Positions 9,363 through 18,778 of a DNA stretch of 64,000 bases are shown one piece after another. The notes under the pieces are model-generated. The model was given only the letters and a program-made list of their open reading frames with translations. It was not told the origin of the DNA and searched no databases. Source of the stretch: an uncultured Lachnospiraceae bacterium. Its GTDB lineage: Bacteria; Bacillota; Clostridia; Lachnospirales; Lachnospiraceae. The DNA lies in the NCBI GenBank assembly GCA_905201915.1, contig CAJKQE010000005.1:4011-68010 (forward strand). The letters are read 5' to 3'. A program made the translations under genes and the position numbers. The number at the start of each line of letters is the position of its first letter. Within the stretch, counting starts at the first letter, position 1.

Positions 9363-10631
9363 ATGTATCAGGAAACAGCAAAAGAACTTATTCAGTTTAT
9401 TGAAAAAAGCCCAACTTGTTTTCATGCAGTGGCTGCTATGAAAGAAATTCTGGAAAAAGAAGGTTATACAGAATTAAAAGAAGCTGATAAATGGGAAATT
9501 AAAAAGGGCGGAAATTATTATGTGACAAGAAACGATTCTTCTATTATTGCATTTTCTGTACCGGAAGGAGAAGCAAAAGGGTTCCGTATTATGGCAAGTC
9601 ATAGTGATTCTCCATGCTTTAAGATTAAAGAAAATCCGGAAATGACAGTGGATAACAAATACGTGAAGTTAAACGTAGAGCGTTATGGTGGTATGATTTG
9701 TGCACCATGGTTTGATCGTCCTCTTTCTGTGGCAGGTCGTGTGATTGTAAAAGAAGATGGGAAGCTGGTGACAAAACTGGTAGATGTAGACAGAGATTTA
9801 TTGATGATTCCAAATCTTGCTATTCACATGAACAGAGAAGTAAATGATGGATATAAATACAATGCACAGAAAGATTTACTTCCATTATTTGGAGATATTG
9901 CTGCAAAAGATACTTTTATGAAAACCATTGCCGAAGCAGCAGGTGTAAAAGAAGAGAATATTTTAGGTCATGATTTATTCCTGTATAACAGAGAAAAAGG
10001 TTCTGTATGGGGAGCAAATGAAGAATATGTTTCTATTGGAAGATTAGATGATTTGCAGTGTGCATTTTCATCCTTAAAAGGTTTTCTGGCAGGTGAAAAG
10101 AAAGAATACATTGCGGTACATTGCGTTCTTGACAATGAAGAGGTGGGAAGCGGTACAAAACAGGGTGCAGCATCTACATTCTTATATGATGTATTGGTTC
10201 GTGCAAATCAGGCGCTGGGACAGGATTATGAAAATTATTTGAGATATCTTGCTAACAGTTTTATGGTTTCTGCTGATAATGCCCATGCAGTTCATCCAAA
10301 CTATACAGAGAAAGCAGATCCGGTAAACCGTCCATACTTAAATGAAGGAATTGTAATTAAACACAGTGCAAACCAGAAATATTGTACCGACGGTGTTTCT
10401 GCTGCAATGTTTAAAGATTTATGTAATGAAGCCGAAGTGCCTTTCCAGACATTTACCAATCGTTCTGACATTTTGGGTGGTTCTACACTGGGAAATATTT
10501 CTAATACAAAAGTTGCTTTAAATGCAGTAGATGTTGGTCTTCCGCAGCTTGCAATGCACTCTCCTTATGAAACAGTGGGAGTAAAAGATACAGAGTATCT
10601 GATTAAAGCAGCAACAAAATTATTTGCATAA
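9363..10631 (+). CDS. M18 family aminopeptidase (aspartyl aminopeptidase-like)
   Basis: SPTCFHA, SHSDSP, RLDDL, DNEEVGS, SADNAHAVHPNY, GGSTLG, LAMHS motifs; ATG 9363 after AGGAGG. Confidence 0.93.
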   Translation: MYQETAKELIQFIEKSPTCFHAVAAMKEILEKEGYTELKEADKWEIKKGGNYYVTRNDSSIIAFSVPEGEAKGFRIMASHSDSPCFKIKENPEMTVDNKYVKLNVERYGGMICAPWFDRPLSVAGRVIVKEDGKLVTKLVDVDRDLLMIPNLAIHMNREVNDGYKYNAQKDLLPLFGDIAAKDTFMKTIAEAAGVKEENILGHDLFLYNREKGSVWGANEEYVSIGRLDDLQCAFSSLKGFLAGEKKEYIAVHCVLDNEEVGSGTKQGAASTFLYDVLVRANQALGQDYENYLRYLANSFMVSADNAHAVHPNYTEKADPVNRPYLNEGIVIKHSANQKYCTDGVSAAMFKDLCNEAEVPFQTFTNRSDILGGSTLGNISNTKVALNAVDVGLPQLAMHSPYETVGVKDTEYLIKAATKLFA

Positions 10632-10640
10632 ACAAAAATA

Positions 10641-10792
10641 TGGAGCTTTCATTTTAGACAGTAATCAGAAATAGTTATACATTTTTGCGAATTTGTCGAG
10701 CTCACCTTGAGATTATAAGCTCAAAGTGGGCGCAGACGAAACGTAAAGTGTATAACTATTTTTGATATACCGTTTAATGTGCCGGCTCTTTT
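10641..10792. repeat. Long imperfect palindromic intergenic element (family B, copy 1); probably also a bidirectional terminator
   Basis: Stem AAATAGTTATACATTT (10669) / AAAGTGTATAACTATTT (10745) with inner stems; shares motifs with 31661-31773. Confidence 0.6.
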
Positions 10793-11195
10793 ATAGTCTA
10801 TCGTAAGTTTTTTCTTTGTTGTCCGAATTTTTTAAAAGTAAATATTTGCGGATTGCAAAGATAACGGCAATAGCGATTACACCGATGAGAGTTTCAACCA
10901 TATTAAGATGTTCTACTACCATTTGCCTTGCAATAGCAAACATTAAAACCTCCAAAAGATTTTCAGCAGTATGTTTTGCCAGCATTTTTACAAATTCTAC
11001 ACCAATGAGAAGTGTCAGTGCATTTCCCAGAAATTCCGTGAATTGTTCAGATGTAATATCTAAAAGTGGAATAGAAATAAAATTATACAGCATAGGAACA
11101 ATCAATGTAATAATAACTAAGAGCATTATTGCAGATAGGAATATTTCTGTATATCTGGAAATGGCATAGATAATATCATTTAGTTTTCGCTTCAT
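10791..11195 (-). CDS. Small membrane protein, PsiE-like family
   Basis: 134 aa, 4 TM, LLIGVEFVKML and FAIARQMVV resemble the PsiE family; AGGAG RBS. Confidence 0.65.
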   Translation of the reverse strand: MKRKLNDIIYAISRYTEIFLSAIMLLVIITLIVPMLYNFISIPLLDITSEQFTEFLGNALTLLIGVEFVKMLAKHTAENLLEVLMFAIARQMVVEHLNMVETLIGVIAIAVIFAIRKYLLLKNSDNKEKTYDRL

Positions 11196-11369
11196 ATTTC
11201 TCCTTTCTTAAAATGATTTTTACGCAAGAATTTTGTAACAATTTCTTGATTTCATCATACCATAAATTTAGCAAAAAATCGAAGAAAAGATTGAAAAAGT
11301 GGGAAAATTGTATGATGTTTTAATAAGAAAGAAGATGTAATATAAATTTAAAAAATAAAAAGTTCACCC

Positions 11370-11398
11370 TTGCCAAGAAAAAAAAATTATGCTATTAT
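11370..11398 (+). promoter_or_regulatory. Sigma-A promoter of NlpC/P60 gene
   Basis: TTGCCA-N17-TATTAT with TG extension. Confidence 0.6.
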
Positions 11399-11485
11399 AT
11401 ACAGGAAGTTTGAAAAATATTTCAGAAATGTTACAGATATTAAAAAAGTAAGTATAAAATTGTTATTGGAGAGGTACATAAAAAA

Positions 11486-12805
11486 ATGAAAAAAAGATTA
11501 GCATGTCTGTCATTGGTTTTTGCTATGGCAGCGACACAAATTCTTCCAGTTTTTGCTGCAAGAAAAGATGATGTACAGGCTCAGAAATCAGAAACTCAGA
11601 ATAAACTTTCAGAAGCAGAAGCAAGAGCAAACAGTCTCGAGGCAGAAAAAGGTGCACTTATGGGACAGATTAGTTCCTCTGAACAGGAATTAGTAGATGT
11701 TCTTTCTCAGATTGATATTCTTGCCGGAGAAATTACAGATAAAGAAGCAGAAATTGAAAAAACAAAAGAAGATCTTGTACAGGCAGAGCAGGACAGAGAT
11801 AAACAGTACGAAGCAATGAAGAAAAGAATTCAGTACATGTACGAAAATGGCGGAAGCGATGCATGGGCACAGATTTTATTAGAGTCTGATAGTATTGCGT
11901 CTATGTTATCCAAAGTGGAAAACACAGAGAAAATGTATGCTTACGACAGAGCAGAACTGAAAGAAATGAAAGAAGTTGTTCAGGAAGTTAAAGATTTAGA
12001 GACAAAATTAGAAAATGAAAAATCTGAATTAGAAACTGCTAAAGAAGAACAGGAAGGCATGAAAGGTTCACTTCAGACTAAGATTGATGAGTTAAAAGCA
12101 AATGCATCTGATTACGAAGCTCAGATTGCAAATGTAAAAGCACAGGCTGAACAGTATAAAAACCTGATTGCACAGCAGACAGCAGAGCTTGAACAAATTC
12201 AGGCACAGGAAGAAGCAGCAAGAAAAGAACAGGAAAGACAGCAGCAGGCTCAGCAGAACAAGAACAACAGCAATAATAACAAACCTGCAAATAACAACAG
12301 CGGCAATACAAATAATAATAAACCAAGCAGTAATAAGCCAAGTAGCAATAAACCAAGCAATAGTGGTGGAAGCTCCAAACCAGAGAGCCAGAAACCATCA
12401 TCTAAACCAGAAGCAGAAAAACCATCTACACCATCTTACAATAGTGGTACAGGTGCATCCGTTGTAGCTTATGCAAAACAGTTTATCGGAAATCCTTATG
12501 TATATGGTGGAAACAGCTTAACAAATGGTATTGACTGTTCTGGATTTACACAGCAGATTTTTGGACACTTTGGATATAGCCTTCCACGTACAAGTGGTGC
12601 ACAGGCAAGCTCCGGTGTAGGCATTAATTATTCTGAACACCGTGCAGGAGACTTAATTGTATATCCTGGTCATGTAGCAATTCTTACAGGAGATGGTGGA
12701 ATTGTACATGCTTCCAATAGTGCTCCATATCCAAAGGGTGGTATTAAATATACTGCAAATGCATTATACAGATCACCAATTGCAGTTAGAAGAATTGTTC
12801 AGTAA
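11486..12805 (+). CDS. Secreted coiled-coil NlpC/P60 (C40) peptidoglycan endopeptidase, CwlO/PcsB-like
   Basis: Signal peptide, long coiled coil, N/S/K/P-rich linker, GNPYVYGG..IDCSGF...GHVAI...HAS catalytic domain. Confidence 0.92.
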   Translation: MKKRLACLSLVFAMAATQILPVFAARKDDVQAQKSETQNKLSEAEARANSLEAEKGALMGQISSSEQELVDVLSQIDILAGEITDKEAEIEKTKEDLVQAEQDRDKQYEAMKKRIQYMYENGGSDAWAQILLESDSIASMLSKVENTEKMYAYDRAELKEMKEVVQEVKDLETKLENEKSELETAKEEQEGMKGSLQTKIDELKANASDYEAQIANVKAQAEQYKNLIAQQTAELEQIQAQEEAARKEQERQQQAQQNKNNSNNNKPANNNSGNTNNNKPSSNKPSSNKPSNSGGSSKPESQKPSSKPEAEKPSTPSYNSGTGASVVAYAKQFIGNPYVYGGNSLTNGIDCSGFTQQIFGHFGYSLPRTSGAQASSGVGINYSEHRAGDLIVYPGHVAILTGDGGIVHASNSAPYPKGGIKYTANALYRSPIAVRRIVQ

Positions 12806-12825
12806 TTAATTACATAGACATATTG

Positions 12826-12858
12826 AGGAGAAATACCAGTTTTGGTATTTCTCCTTTT
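12826..12858 (+). terminator. Intrinsic terminator
   Basis: AGGAGAAATACCA-gttt-TGGTATTTCTCCT-TTT. Confidence 0.8.
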
Positions 12859-12887
12859 GTGTATATGGAGATTTCAGGAGAAAAGCG

Positions 12888-13571
12888 ATGAAAGAAGAGA
12901 AGAAAATATTAATTGTAGAAGATGACACAGATATCAATAATTTACTTTTTACAGCATTGGAGAAACAAGGATATACTGCCACACAGGCATTTTCGGGAAC
13001 AGAAGCAAAAATGTTATTGAAAATGGAAAGTTTTGCGTTGGTATTACTGGATTTGATGCTGCCCGGAGTACCGGGAGAGGAAGTCTTGAAGTTTATAAGA
13101 GAACAAGGAAATAGTTCTGTAATTATTTTGACAGCAAAGGATACCCTTGATGATAAGGTAAATCTGTTAATTGCAGGAGCCGATGATTATATTACAAAAC
13201 CTTTTGAGATACAGGAAGTATTGGCGAGAGTTCAGGTACAGCTTCGTCACGGTGTTCAAGAGGGAAATGGCAATGTGCTTTCATATAAACAGATGGTTTT
13301 GGACAGAGAAAAATTTCAAATAGAGGTAGAAGGAAAACCTTTGGAAAAAATTACAAAACAGGAATTTTCTATTTTGGAACTTTTATTAAAACATCCGAAA
13401 CAGGTTTTCAGTAAAGAAGATATTTTTGAGTATGCGTGGGAAGAGCCTTATATGGGAGAAACAAAAACTTTGGACGTCCATATCAGTAATATTAGAAAAA
13501 AAGTAAAGGAAGTAACAAAAGAAGAATATATAGAAACAGTATGGGGAATTGGATATCGTCTTCAGCAATAA
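12888..13571 (+). CDS. OmpR-family response regulator
   Basis: ILIVEDD, LLDLMLPG, GADDYITKPF, ETVWGIGY. Confidence 0.93.
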   Translation: MKEEKKILIVEDDTDINNLLFTALEKQGYTATQAFSGTEAKMLLKMESFALVLLDLMLPGVPGEEVLKFIREQGNSSVIILTAKDTLDDKVNLLIAGADDYITKPFEIQEVLARVQVQLRHGVQEGNGNVLSYKQMVLDREKFQIEVEGKPLEKITKQEFSILELLLKHPKQVFSKEDIFEYAWEEPYMGETKTLDVHISNIRKKVKEVTKEEYIETVWGIGYRLQQ

Positions 13572-13590
13572 TCTGCTGTTTTATTCATGC

Positions 13591-13644
13591 TTTACTCTTT
13601 TTTTACTTTTGCTTTGCGATTTTTTTAGATTGAAGGGTTATGAT
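13591..13644 (+). promoter_or_regulatory. Probable response-regulator-activated promoter (four 11-bp-phased TTTRS repeats plus -10 TATGAT)
   Basis: TTTAC 13591, TTTAC 13602, TTTGC 13613, TTTAG 13624; TATGAT 13639-13644. Confidence 0.5.
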
Positions 13645-13674
13645 TAAGAGCAGATAAGAAAAGGAGAGGTTGTC

Positions 13675-14592
13675 ATGAGTGAATATTTATTGCAGACCAG
13701 AGGTCTGACAAAGCAATATGGACGTCATAAAGCAGTGGAAAATGTGGATATCCATGTAAAAAAAGGTGCCATTTATGGATTTATAGGAAGAAACGGAGCA
13801 GGAAAGAGTACCTGTTTGAAAATGATAAGCGGACTTTCACGTCCCACAGCAGGTGAGATTGAATTTTTTGGTTATTCAGGAAAAGAATTAAAAGAGGTAC
13901 GTTCCAGAATTGGCTGTTTAATAGAAATGCCGGGTTTATATGGCAATATGACAGCATATCAAAATCTGAAAATAAAATGTAAAATGCTGGGAATTGATAA
14001 AGTAGGATATGTAGAAGACATCTTGAAAACCGTAGGTTTGGAAAAGACAGGAAGAAAAAAAACAAAACATTTTTCTCTGGGAATGAAGCAGCGTCTTGGA
14101 ATTGGGCTTGCTCTTGTGGGAGAACCTGACTTGCTGGTTTTAGATGAACCCATTAACGGACTTGATCCGCAGGGGATTGTAGAGGTTCGCGATACTATAC
14201 AGAAGCTTCGTGATGAGCGAAATATGACAATTTTAATTTCCAGTCATGTGTTAGAGGAGCTTTCAAAGCTGGCAACTCATTATGGAATTATTCATAATGG
14301 AAGCTTATTACAAGAAATCAGTCGTGAAGAACTAATGAGACGATGTTCGGAACGAATAGAATTGGAATTAGATTATCCAGAGCAGGCGCTTCCTATATTG
14401 GATAAGTTGGGCTTTACCAACTATCAGGTTATGGACAAACATCGTATTTATATTTTTGAACGTTTGGAAGAAAGCGCTCTTTTGAATATGGAGCTGGCAA
14501 AGGCAGGAATTCTCGTAAAAGGAATTTCCATTACAAGCGAAGATTTGGAAAGCTACTTTTTAAACCTGACAGGAGGTGCTCAGCATGCTTAA
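13675..14592 (+). CDS. ABC transporter ATP-binding protein (BcrA/lantibiotic-immunity type)
   Basis: GRNGAGKS, FSLGMKQRL, LVLDEPINGLDPQG, ISSHVLEE. Confidence 0.92.
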   Translation: MSEYLLQTRGLTKQYGRHKAVENVDIHVKKGAIYGFIGRNGAGKSTCLKMISGLSRPTAGEIEFFGYSGKELKEVRSRIGCLIEMPGLYGNMTAYQNLKIKCKMLGIDKVGYVEDILKTVGLEKTGRKKTKHFSLGMKQRLGIGLALVGEPDLLVLDEPINGLDPQGIVEVRDTIQKLRDERNMTILISSHVLEELSKLATHYGIIHNGSLLQEISREELMRRCSERIELELDYPEQALPILDKLGFTNYQVMDKHRIYIFERLEESALLNMELAKAGILVKGISITSEDLESYFLNLTGGAQHA

Positions 14593-15427
14593 ACTGATTA
14601 AAATGGATTTATATCGAATGTTCCATACAAAAGCTTTTTATATTATTTGGATTATCTTGGCAGCAGCTGTTATTTTTTCAACTACTATGTCAAAAGAAGA
14701 CTATAAGTATATGCAGGAGGAAGCAGCAAAAGGGCAGCTGGAAACAGTTTCAGAAGAAAATAACCTGAATTTTGGATTAAGTGTCTCGCTTCCTACAAAA
14801 CCAGGAGAAAAGGTGACGGTATTTGATCAGGTTTTTGCCAATATGCAGTCAAAATTTGTTGCTCTGTTTCTGGTGATTTTTGCGGTATTGTTTTCCACAG
14901 CAGATATTACAAGCGGATATATTAAGAACATTGGAGGACAGATAAAGGAAAGAGGAAATCTCATTCTTTCAAAAGCAGTAGTATTGCTGATTTATACAGG
15001 ATTGACCTTGCTTTTCTATCTGGGTATACAGGCAATTTGTCAGTACGCTGTGTTCGGAGAGTCAAAATGGGGAGATATGGAAATGTTCTGGAGATATTTC
15101 GGGACAGAGGCAATCCTTCATTATGGTTTGGTATTGATTTGTATGGCAATGGCAGTTATTTTAAGAAGTAATATGCTTAGTATGACATTATCTGTTTGTA
15201 TGTGCATGAATGTACTTATTTTGGTATACGGTGTTGTAGATAAAGTATTACAGGATATGGGAGTGAAAGACTTTTGCTTTATTGAACATACAGTCAGCGG
15301 AAAAATTTCTCTGCTTTCCATGATGCCGAAGGCTTCTGATTGTGTAAATGCACTGGGAATAGCCGGAGTATTTGGAAGTTTGGCAGTTCTTCTGACGATT
15401 TTAGTATTTCGAAGGAGAGATATATAA
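14585..15427 (+). CDS. ABC-2 type transporter permease
   Basis: MLKLIKMDLYRM start, ~6 TM, coupled to the ATPase. Confidence 0.85.
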   Translation: MLKLIKMDLYRMFHTKAFYIIWIILAAAVIFSTTMSKEDYKYMQEEAAKGQLETVSEENNLNFGLSVSLPTKPGEKVTVFDQVFANMQSKFVALFLVIFAVLFSTADITSGYIKNIGGQIKERGNLILSKAVVLLIYTGLTLLFYLGIQAICQYAVFGESKWGDMEMFWRYFGTEAILHYGLVLICMAMAVILRSNMLSMTLSVCMCMNVLILVYGVVDKVLQDMGVKDFCFIEHTVSGKISLLSMMPKASDCVNALGIAGVFGSLAVLLTILVFRRRDI

Positions 15428-16327
15428 ATGAAATTCTGGATGGGAATTTTAATTTTTATTATTTTAGTACAAACTTATTTTTTAGTAAAGATGCAGCGGC
15501 AGATACAAGATATCTGCCGCCAGCTTGCGTTTCTGATGAAACATGACAGTAATATGATAATTACTGCAAATATGAAAACAGGTGGATTTGAAAAATTGGT
15601 AAAGCTTTTAAACGAGCTGTTTCAGATGCGCAGAAAAGAACAGCAGGAATCTAAAGAGAAGGAACAGATGATTGCGGATACTTATACAAATTTATCTCAT
15701 GATATTCGCACACCTCTGACCTCCCTTAACGGTTATTTTCAGCTCATGGAAAGTGCAAGTGCGGAAGAACAGAAGCATTATATGAAGGTAATACAGGAGC
15801 GAATTGAAAGCTTAAAGGAAATGCTGGAAGAATTATTTATGTTTACAAAGCTGAAAAATGATAGTTATGTTTTGGAATTGGAAACCTGCTGTATCAACCG
15901 TATTTTAAAGAATACTATTTTTTCTTATTATGATGATTGGTCCGGACGTGGTATTTCTCCTGAAATCAGTCTGCCTGAAAAGCAACTTTATATAGAAGGG
16001 AATGAAGCAGGGCTGAAACGAATGCTTCAAAATATTATTAAAAACGGCATGGATCATGGACAGGATAAGATAAAAGTTCAGCTTTTTGAACGAGAAGAAA
16101 AAATTCATCTTTGGATTTGCAATGAGATGACAAATCCAGAGAAGATTGACGTATCACGAGTATTTCAGCGATTTTATAAAGCAGATGGGGCAAGAAGCAG
16201 AAATTCCAGCGGATTGGGGCTTTCTATCGCACAGGAATTTGTTCTGCGAATGAAAGGAGAAATTCATGCAGAAATTTCAGAAAATGAGTTCTGGGTGAAA
16301 GTGAGCTTTCCCAAAAGAGTGAAGTAA
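15428..16327 (+). CDS. Sensor histidine kinase (intramembrane-sensing type)
   Basis: LSHDIRTPLT H-box, NIIKNG N-box, FQRFYKAD, SGLGLSIA. Confidence 0.93.
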   Translation: MKFWMGILIFIILVQTYFLVKMQRQIQDICRQLAFLMKHDSNMIITANMKTGGFEKLVKLLNELFQMRRKEQQESKEKEQMIADTYTNLSHDIRTPLTSLNGYFQLMESASAEEQKHYMKVIQERIESLKEMLEELFMFTKLKNDSYVLELETCCINRILKNTIFSYYDDWSGRGISPEISLPEKQLYIEGNEAGLKRMLQNIIKNGMDHGQDKIKVQLFEREEKIHLWICNEMTNPEKIDVSRVFQRFYKADGARSRNSSGLGLSIAQEFVLRMKGEIHAEISENEFWVKVSFPKRVK

Positions 16328-16337
16328 TAAAAATACA

Positions 16338-16366
16338 TTGCAGATTAAAAAAATATATGATAAGAT
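16338..16366 (+). promoter_or_regulatory. Sigma-A promoter for leader peptide/MFS transcript
   Basis: TTGCAG-N17-TAAGAT with TG extension. Confidence 0.55.
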
Positions 16367-16429
16367 AAACAAAATCAATAGGATTTGAAATACGATTTTG
16401 AAAGTAGATTTTTCGGAAAGGAGCAAACT

Positions 16430-16513
16430 ATGAGCTGGAAAACAACGACAATTCACCTCATGAAAGGTGCATATATTGCTGTTTACAGGGATAGTGCGCT
16501 CTTTTTTAGATGA
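16430..16513 (+). CDS. Putative 27-aa leader peptide MSWKTTTIHLMKGAYIAVYRDSALFFR
   Basis: Strong RBS GAAAGGAG 6 nt before ATG; 3' end complementary to a downstream anti-SD segment. Confidence 0.55.
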   Translation: MSWKTTTIHLMKGAYIAVYRDSALFFR

Positions 16514-16594
16514 AATAAATTTTTTATGATTGTAATAACTAGAAAAAGTCACTATCTCCTACTCAAGTAATTTATTTGAAAAGGAGATTTTTTT

Positions 16595-17686
16595 ATGCGT
16601 AAATTTAATATAAAAAAGCAAATCAGTAAGTTATATTTGGTAACGTCTATAGGTTATTTTCAGATTGCAGGAGCATCATGGGTTGCATTATTGGCTATGA
16701 GAGGATTTTCACTTTTGGAGATTGGAATGTTAGAAAGTATTTTTCACATTGTGAGCTGCCTTTTTGAAATTCCCTCTGGAGTGGCAGCGGATGTTTTCGG
16801 ACGAAAAAAAACAATGGTATTAAGCCAGCTTGCTTCTTTGTTGTCCAGTGTAATGATGATTTTATCAAAGGATTTTTGTACGACGGCTTTTGCTATAGGA
16901 TTGAGTGCTTTAAGTTATAATTTGGCTTCCGGTACAAGGGAAGCTTTGGCTTATGACAGCTTGAAACTAGCAGGAAAAGAAAAAGAATATAATACATTTG
17001 CGGCGACAGATATGATGCTTTATAGAATTACTAATTCTACATCAACACTTTGCGCAGGTTTGGCATTGTTTCTTGGATTTCGGAAGGCTTATACGGTAGA
17101 TATTATTTTTAACTTTACAGCGCTGATTATTGCATGTAGCTTAAAAGAAGTTACAATAGGAGAAAAAAGAGACAAAGAAAAGGTGCTTTATCGATTATGG
17201 AATACAGTGAGGGAAAGCTGGAATTTTTTACTATCTAATAAGAAGATTAGAAAAATTATGGCAATTAATGCACTTGTAGGTGCTGTTTCAACGCTGGTAT
17301 TATTCTTTTTACAGGCAAAGTTGCCACTTTCAGGATTAAATCAGGGGATGCTGGGACCAGTTCTTTTTCTTATGGGAATGGGGGCTGCTTTGGGCTCTAA
17401 AGCAACGTCGTTTTTTTCCACAGTTTCTTATAAAAAGGTTGTGCTCATAAGTAGTTTGTGCGTAGCAGGTTCATTTTTTATGACGTTTACCAAAAGTCCT
17501 GTTTTGATGATTTTAGGTGGGTTTGTAGGAGCGTTTGCAGATGATTTTCTGGAAGTCAGAACAGATGTGCTTATTAATGAAAGGATTTCATCCGAACAGC
17601 GTGCAACATTAATTTCGGTAAATTCGTTTATTTTTTCTATGGTTATGATTGTTTTATCTACATGGATGGGGTGGATTATGGGATAG
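16595..17686 (+). CDS. MFS transporter (efflux type)
   Basis: FEIPSGVAADVFGRKKT motif A, QRATLISV, ~11-12 TM. Confidence 0.9.
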   Translation: MRKFNIKKQISKLYLVTSIGYFQIAGASWVALLAMRGFSLLEIGMLESIFHIVSCLFEIPSGVAADVFGRKKTMVLSQLASLLSSVMMILSKDFCTTAFAIGLSALSYNLASGTREALAYDSLKLAGKEKEYNTFAATDMMLYRITNSTSTLCAGLALFLGFRKAYTVDIIFNFTALIIACSLKEVTIGEKRDKEKVLYRLWNTVRESWNFLLSNKKIRKIMAINALVGAVSTLVLFFLQAKLPLSGLNQGMLGPVLFLMGMGAALGSKATSFFSTVSYKKVVLISSLCVAGSFFMTFTKSPVLMILGGFVGAFADDFLEVRTDVLINERISSEQRATLISVNSFIFSMVMIVLSTWMGWIMG

Positions 17687-17738
17687 TTTTGTGGTAGGAT
17701 AGATACATATACGATGAAGAAAAAGGAGAACAGCAAAT

Positions 17739-18587
17739 ATGAAAATTGCAGTAACTTATGATAATGGAAACATATTTCAGCATTTTGGAAAGACAGAATT
17801 TTTTAAAGTATATGAAGTAGAAAATAATCAGGTAATTTCCAGTGAAGTAATCAGCTCTAACGGAGCAGGTCATGGTGCATTGGCAGAACTTCTGGGTAAT
17901 CAGTCCGTAGATTTATTGATTTGCGGTGGTATTGGCGGTGGTGCACAGACAGCATTAGCAGATGCAGGAGTTGAAGTATGCTCAGGGGTGCAAGGTGATG
18001 TAGACCAGGCAGTGGAAGCTTACTTAAAAGGTGAATTAGTATCTGCAGGTGTGAATTGTGATCATCATCATGAGGAAGGTCATAGCTGCGGAAGTCATGA
18101 AGACGGACATTCCTGTGGTGGAAATTGCGGTGGCTCTTGTGGAGGACATGTTCATTTAACAGGACGCAATGTGGGTAAGACTTGCCGTACACATTACAGA
18201 GGAACATTTAATGATGGAACACAGTTTGACTCCTCTTATGACCGTGGCGAACCTTTGGAATTTATTTGCGGAGTGGGACAGATGATTAAAGGGTTTGATG
18301 CAGCGGTAGCAGATATGGAAGTGGGACAGACAGTTGACGTACATTTAATGCCAGAAGAAGCTTACGGTATGCCAGATCCAGATGCTGTTTTTACTCTTGA
18401 AATTGCACAGCTTCCCGGTTCAGAAGATTTGGAAGCAGGTCAACGTGTTTATTTAACAAATCAGTTGGGACAGCCATTCCCGGTAGTTGTTGTGGAAAAA
18501 ACAGAGACAACCATTACGTTTGATGCAAATCATGAAATGGCAGGAAAAGAACTGAACTTTACAATTGAATTAGTGGAAGTAAAATAA
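17739..18587 (+). CDS. NifB/NifX-family domain fused via His/Cys-rich linker to FKBP-type (SlyD-like) PPIase
   Basis: N-term IFQHFGKTEFF...LICGGIGGGA; linker CDHHHEEGHSCGSHEDGHSCGGNCGGSCGGH; C-term HYRGTFNDGTQFDSS...DANHEMAGKELNF. Confidence 0.88.
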   Translation: MKIAVTYDNGNIFQHFGKTEFFKVYEVENNQVISSEVISSNGAGHGALAELLGNQSVDLLICGGIGGGAQTALADAGVEVCSGVQGDVDQAVEAYLKGELVSAGVNCDHHHEEGHSCGSHEDGHSCGGNCGGSCGGHVHLTGRNVGKTCRTHYRGTFNDGTQFDSSYDRGEPLEFICGVGQMIKGFDAAVADMEVGQTVDVHLMPEEAYGMPDPDAVFTLEIAQLPGSEDLEAGQRVYLTNQLGQPFPVVVVEKTETTITFDANHEMAGKELNFTIELVEVK

Positions 18588-18597
18588 AGATATGAAG

Positions 18598-18646
18598 AAT
18601 ACCTTTTAACGTAATGCAAAGTGCAGTCGTTAAAAGGTATTTTTTA
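18598..18646 (+). terminator. Intrinsic terminator
   Basis: AATACCTTTTAACG ... CGTTAAAAGGTATT followed by a T tract. Confidence 0.75.
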
Positions 18647-18693
18647 TGTAATAGCACATTCTTTTTTCTTGTTTATGAATTTTTTATAAGAAA

Positions 18694-18736
18694 TTAGCAC
18701 TCACCTCTTGACGTGGCTAGTAAACAGTGTTATAGT
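18694..18736 (+). promoter_or_regulatory. clpB sigma-A promoter overlapped by a degenerate CIRCE (HrcA operator)
   Basis: TTAGCACTC-N9-CGTGGCTAG (left arm perfect, right arm degenerate); TTGACG-N17-TATAGT. Confidence 0.65.
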
Positions 18737-18778
18737 AACACTAGAACAAAGAAATTAGTATAAATGGAGGGATTTTTT

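Noticed and set aside
12262..12430. Short tandem repeats (AAT/AAACCAAGC) in the NlpC/P60 gene
   Set aside because: They encode an ordinary low-complexity N/K/P/S linker, in frame; not a contingency locus
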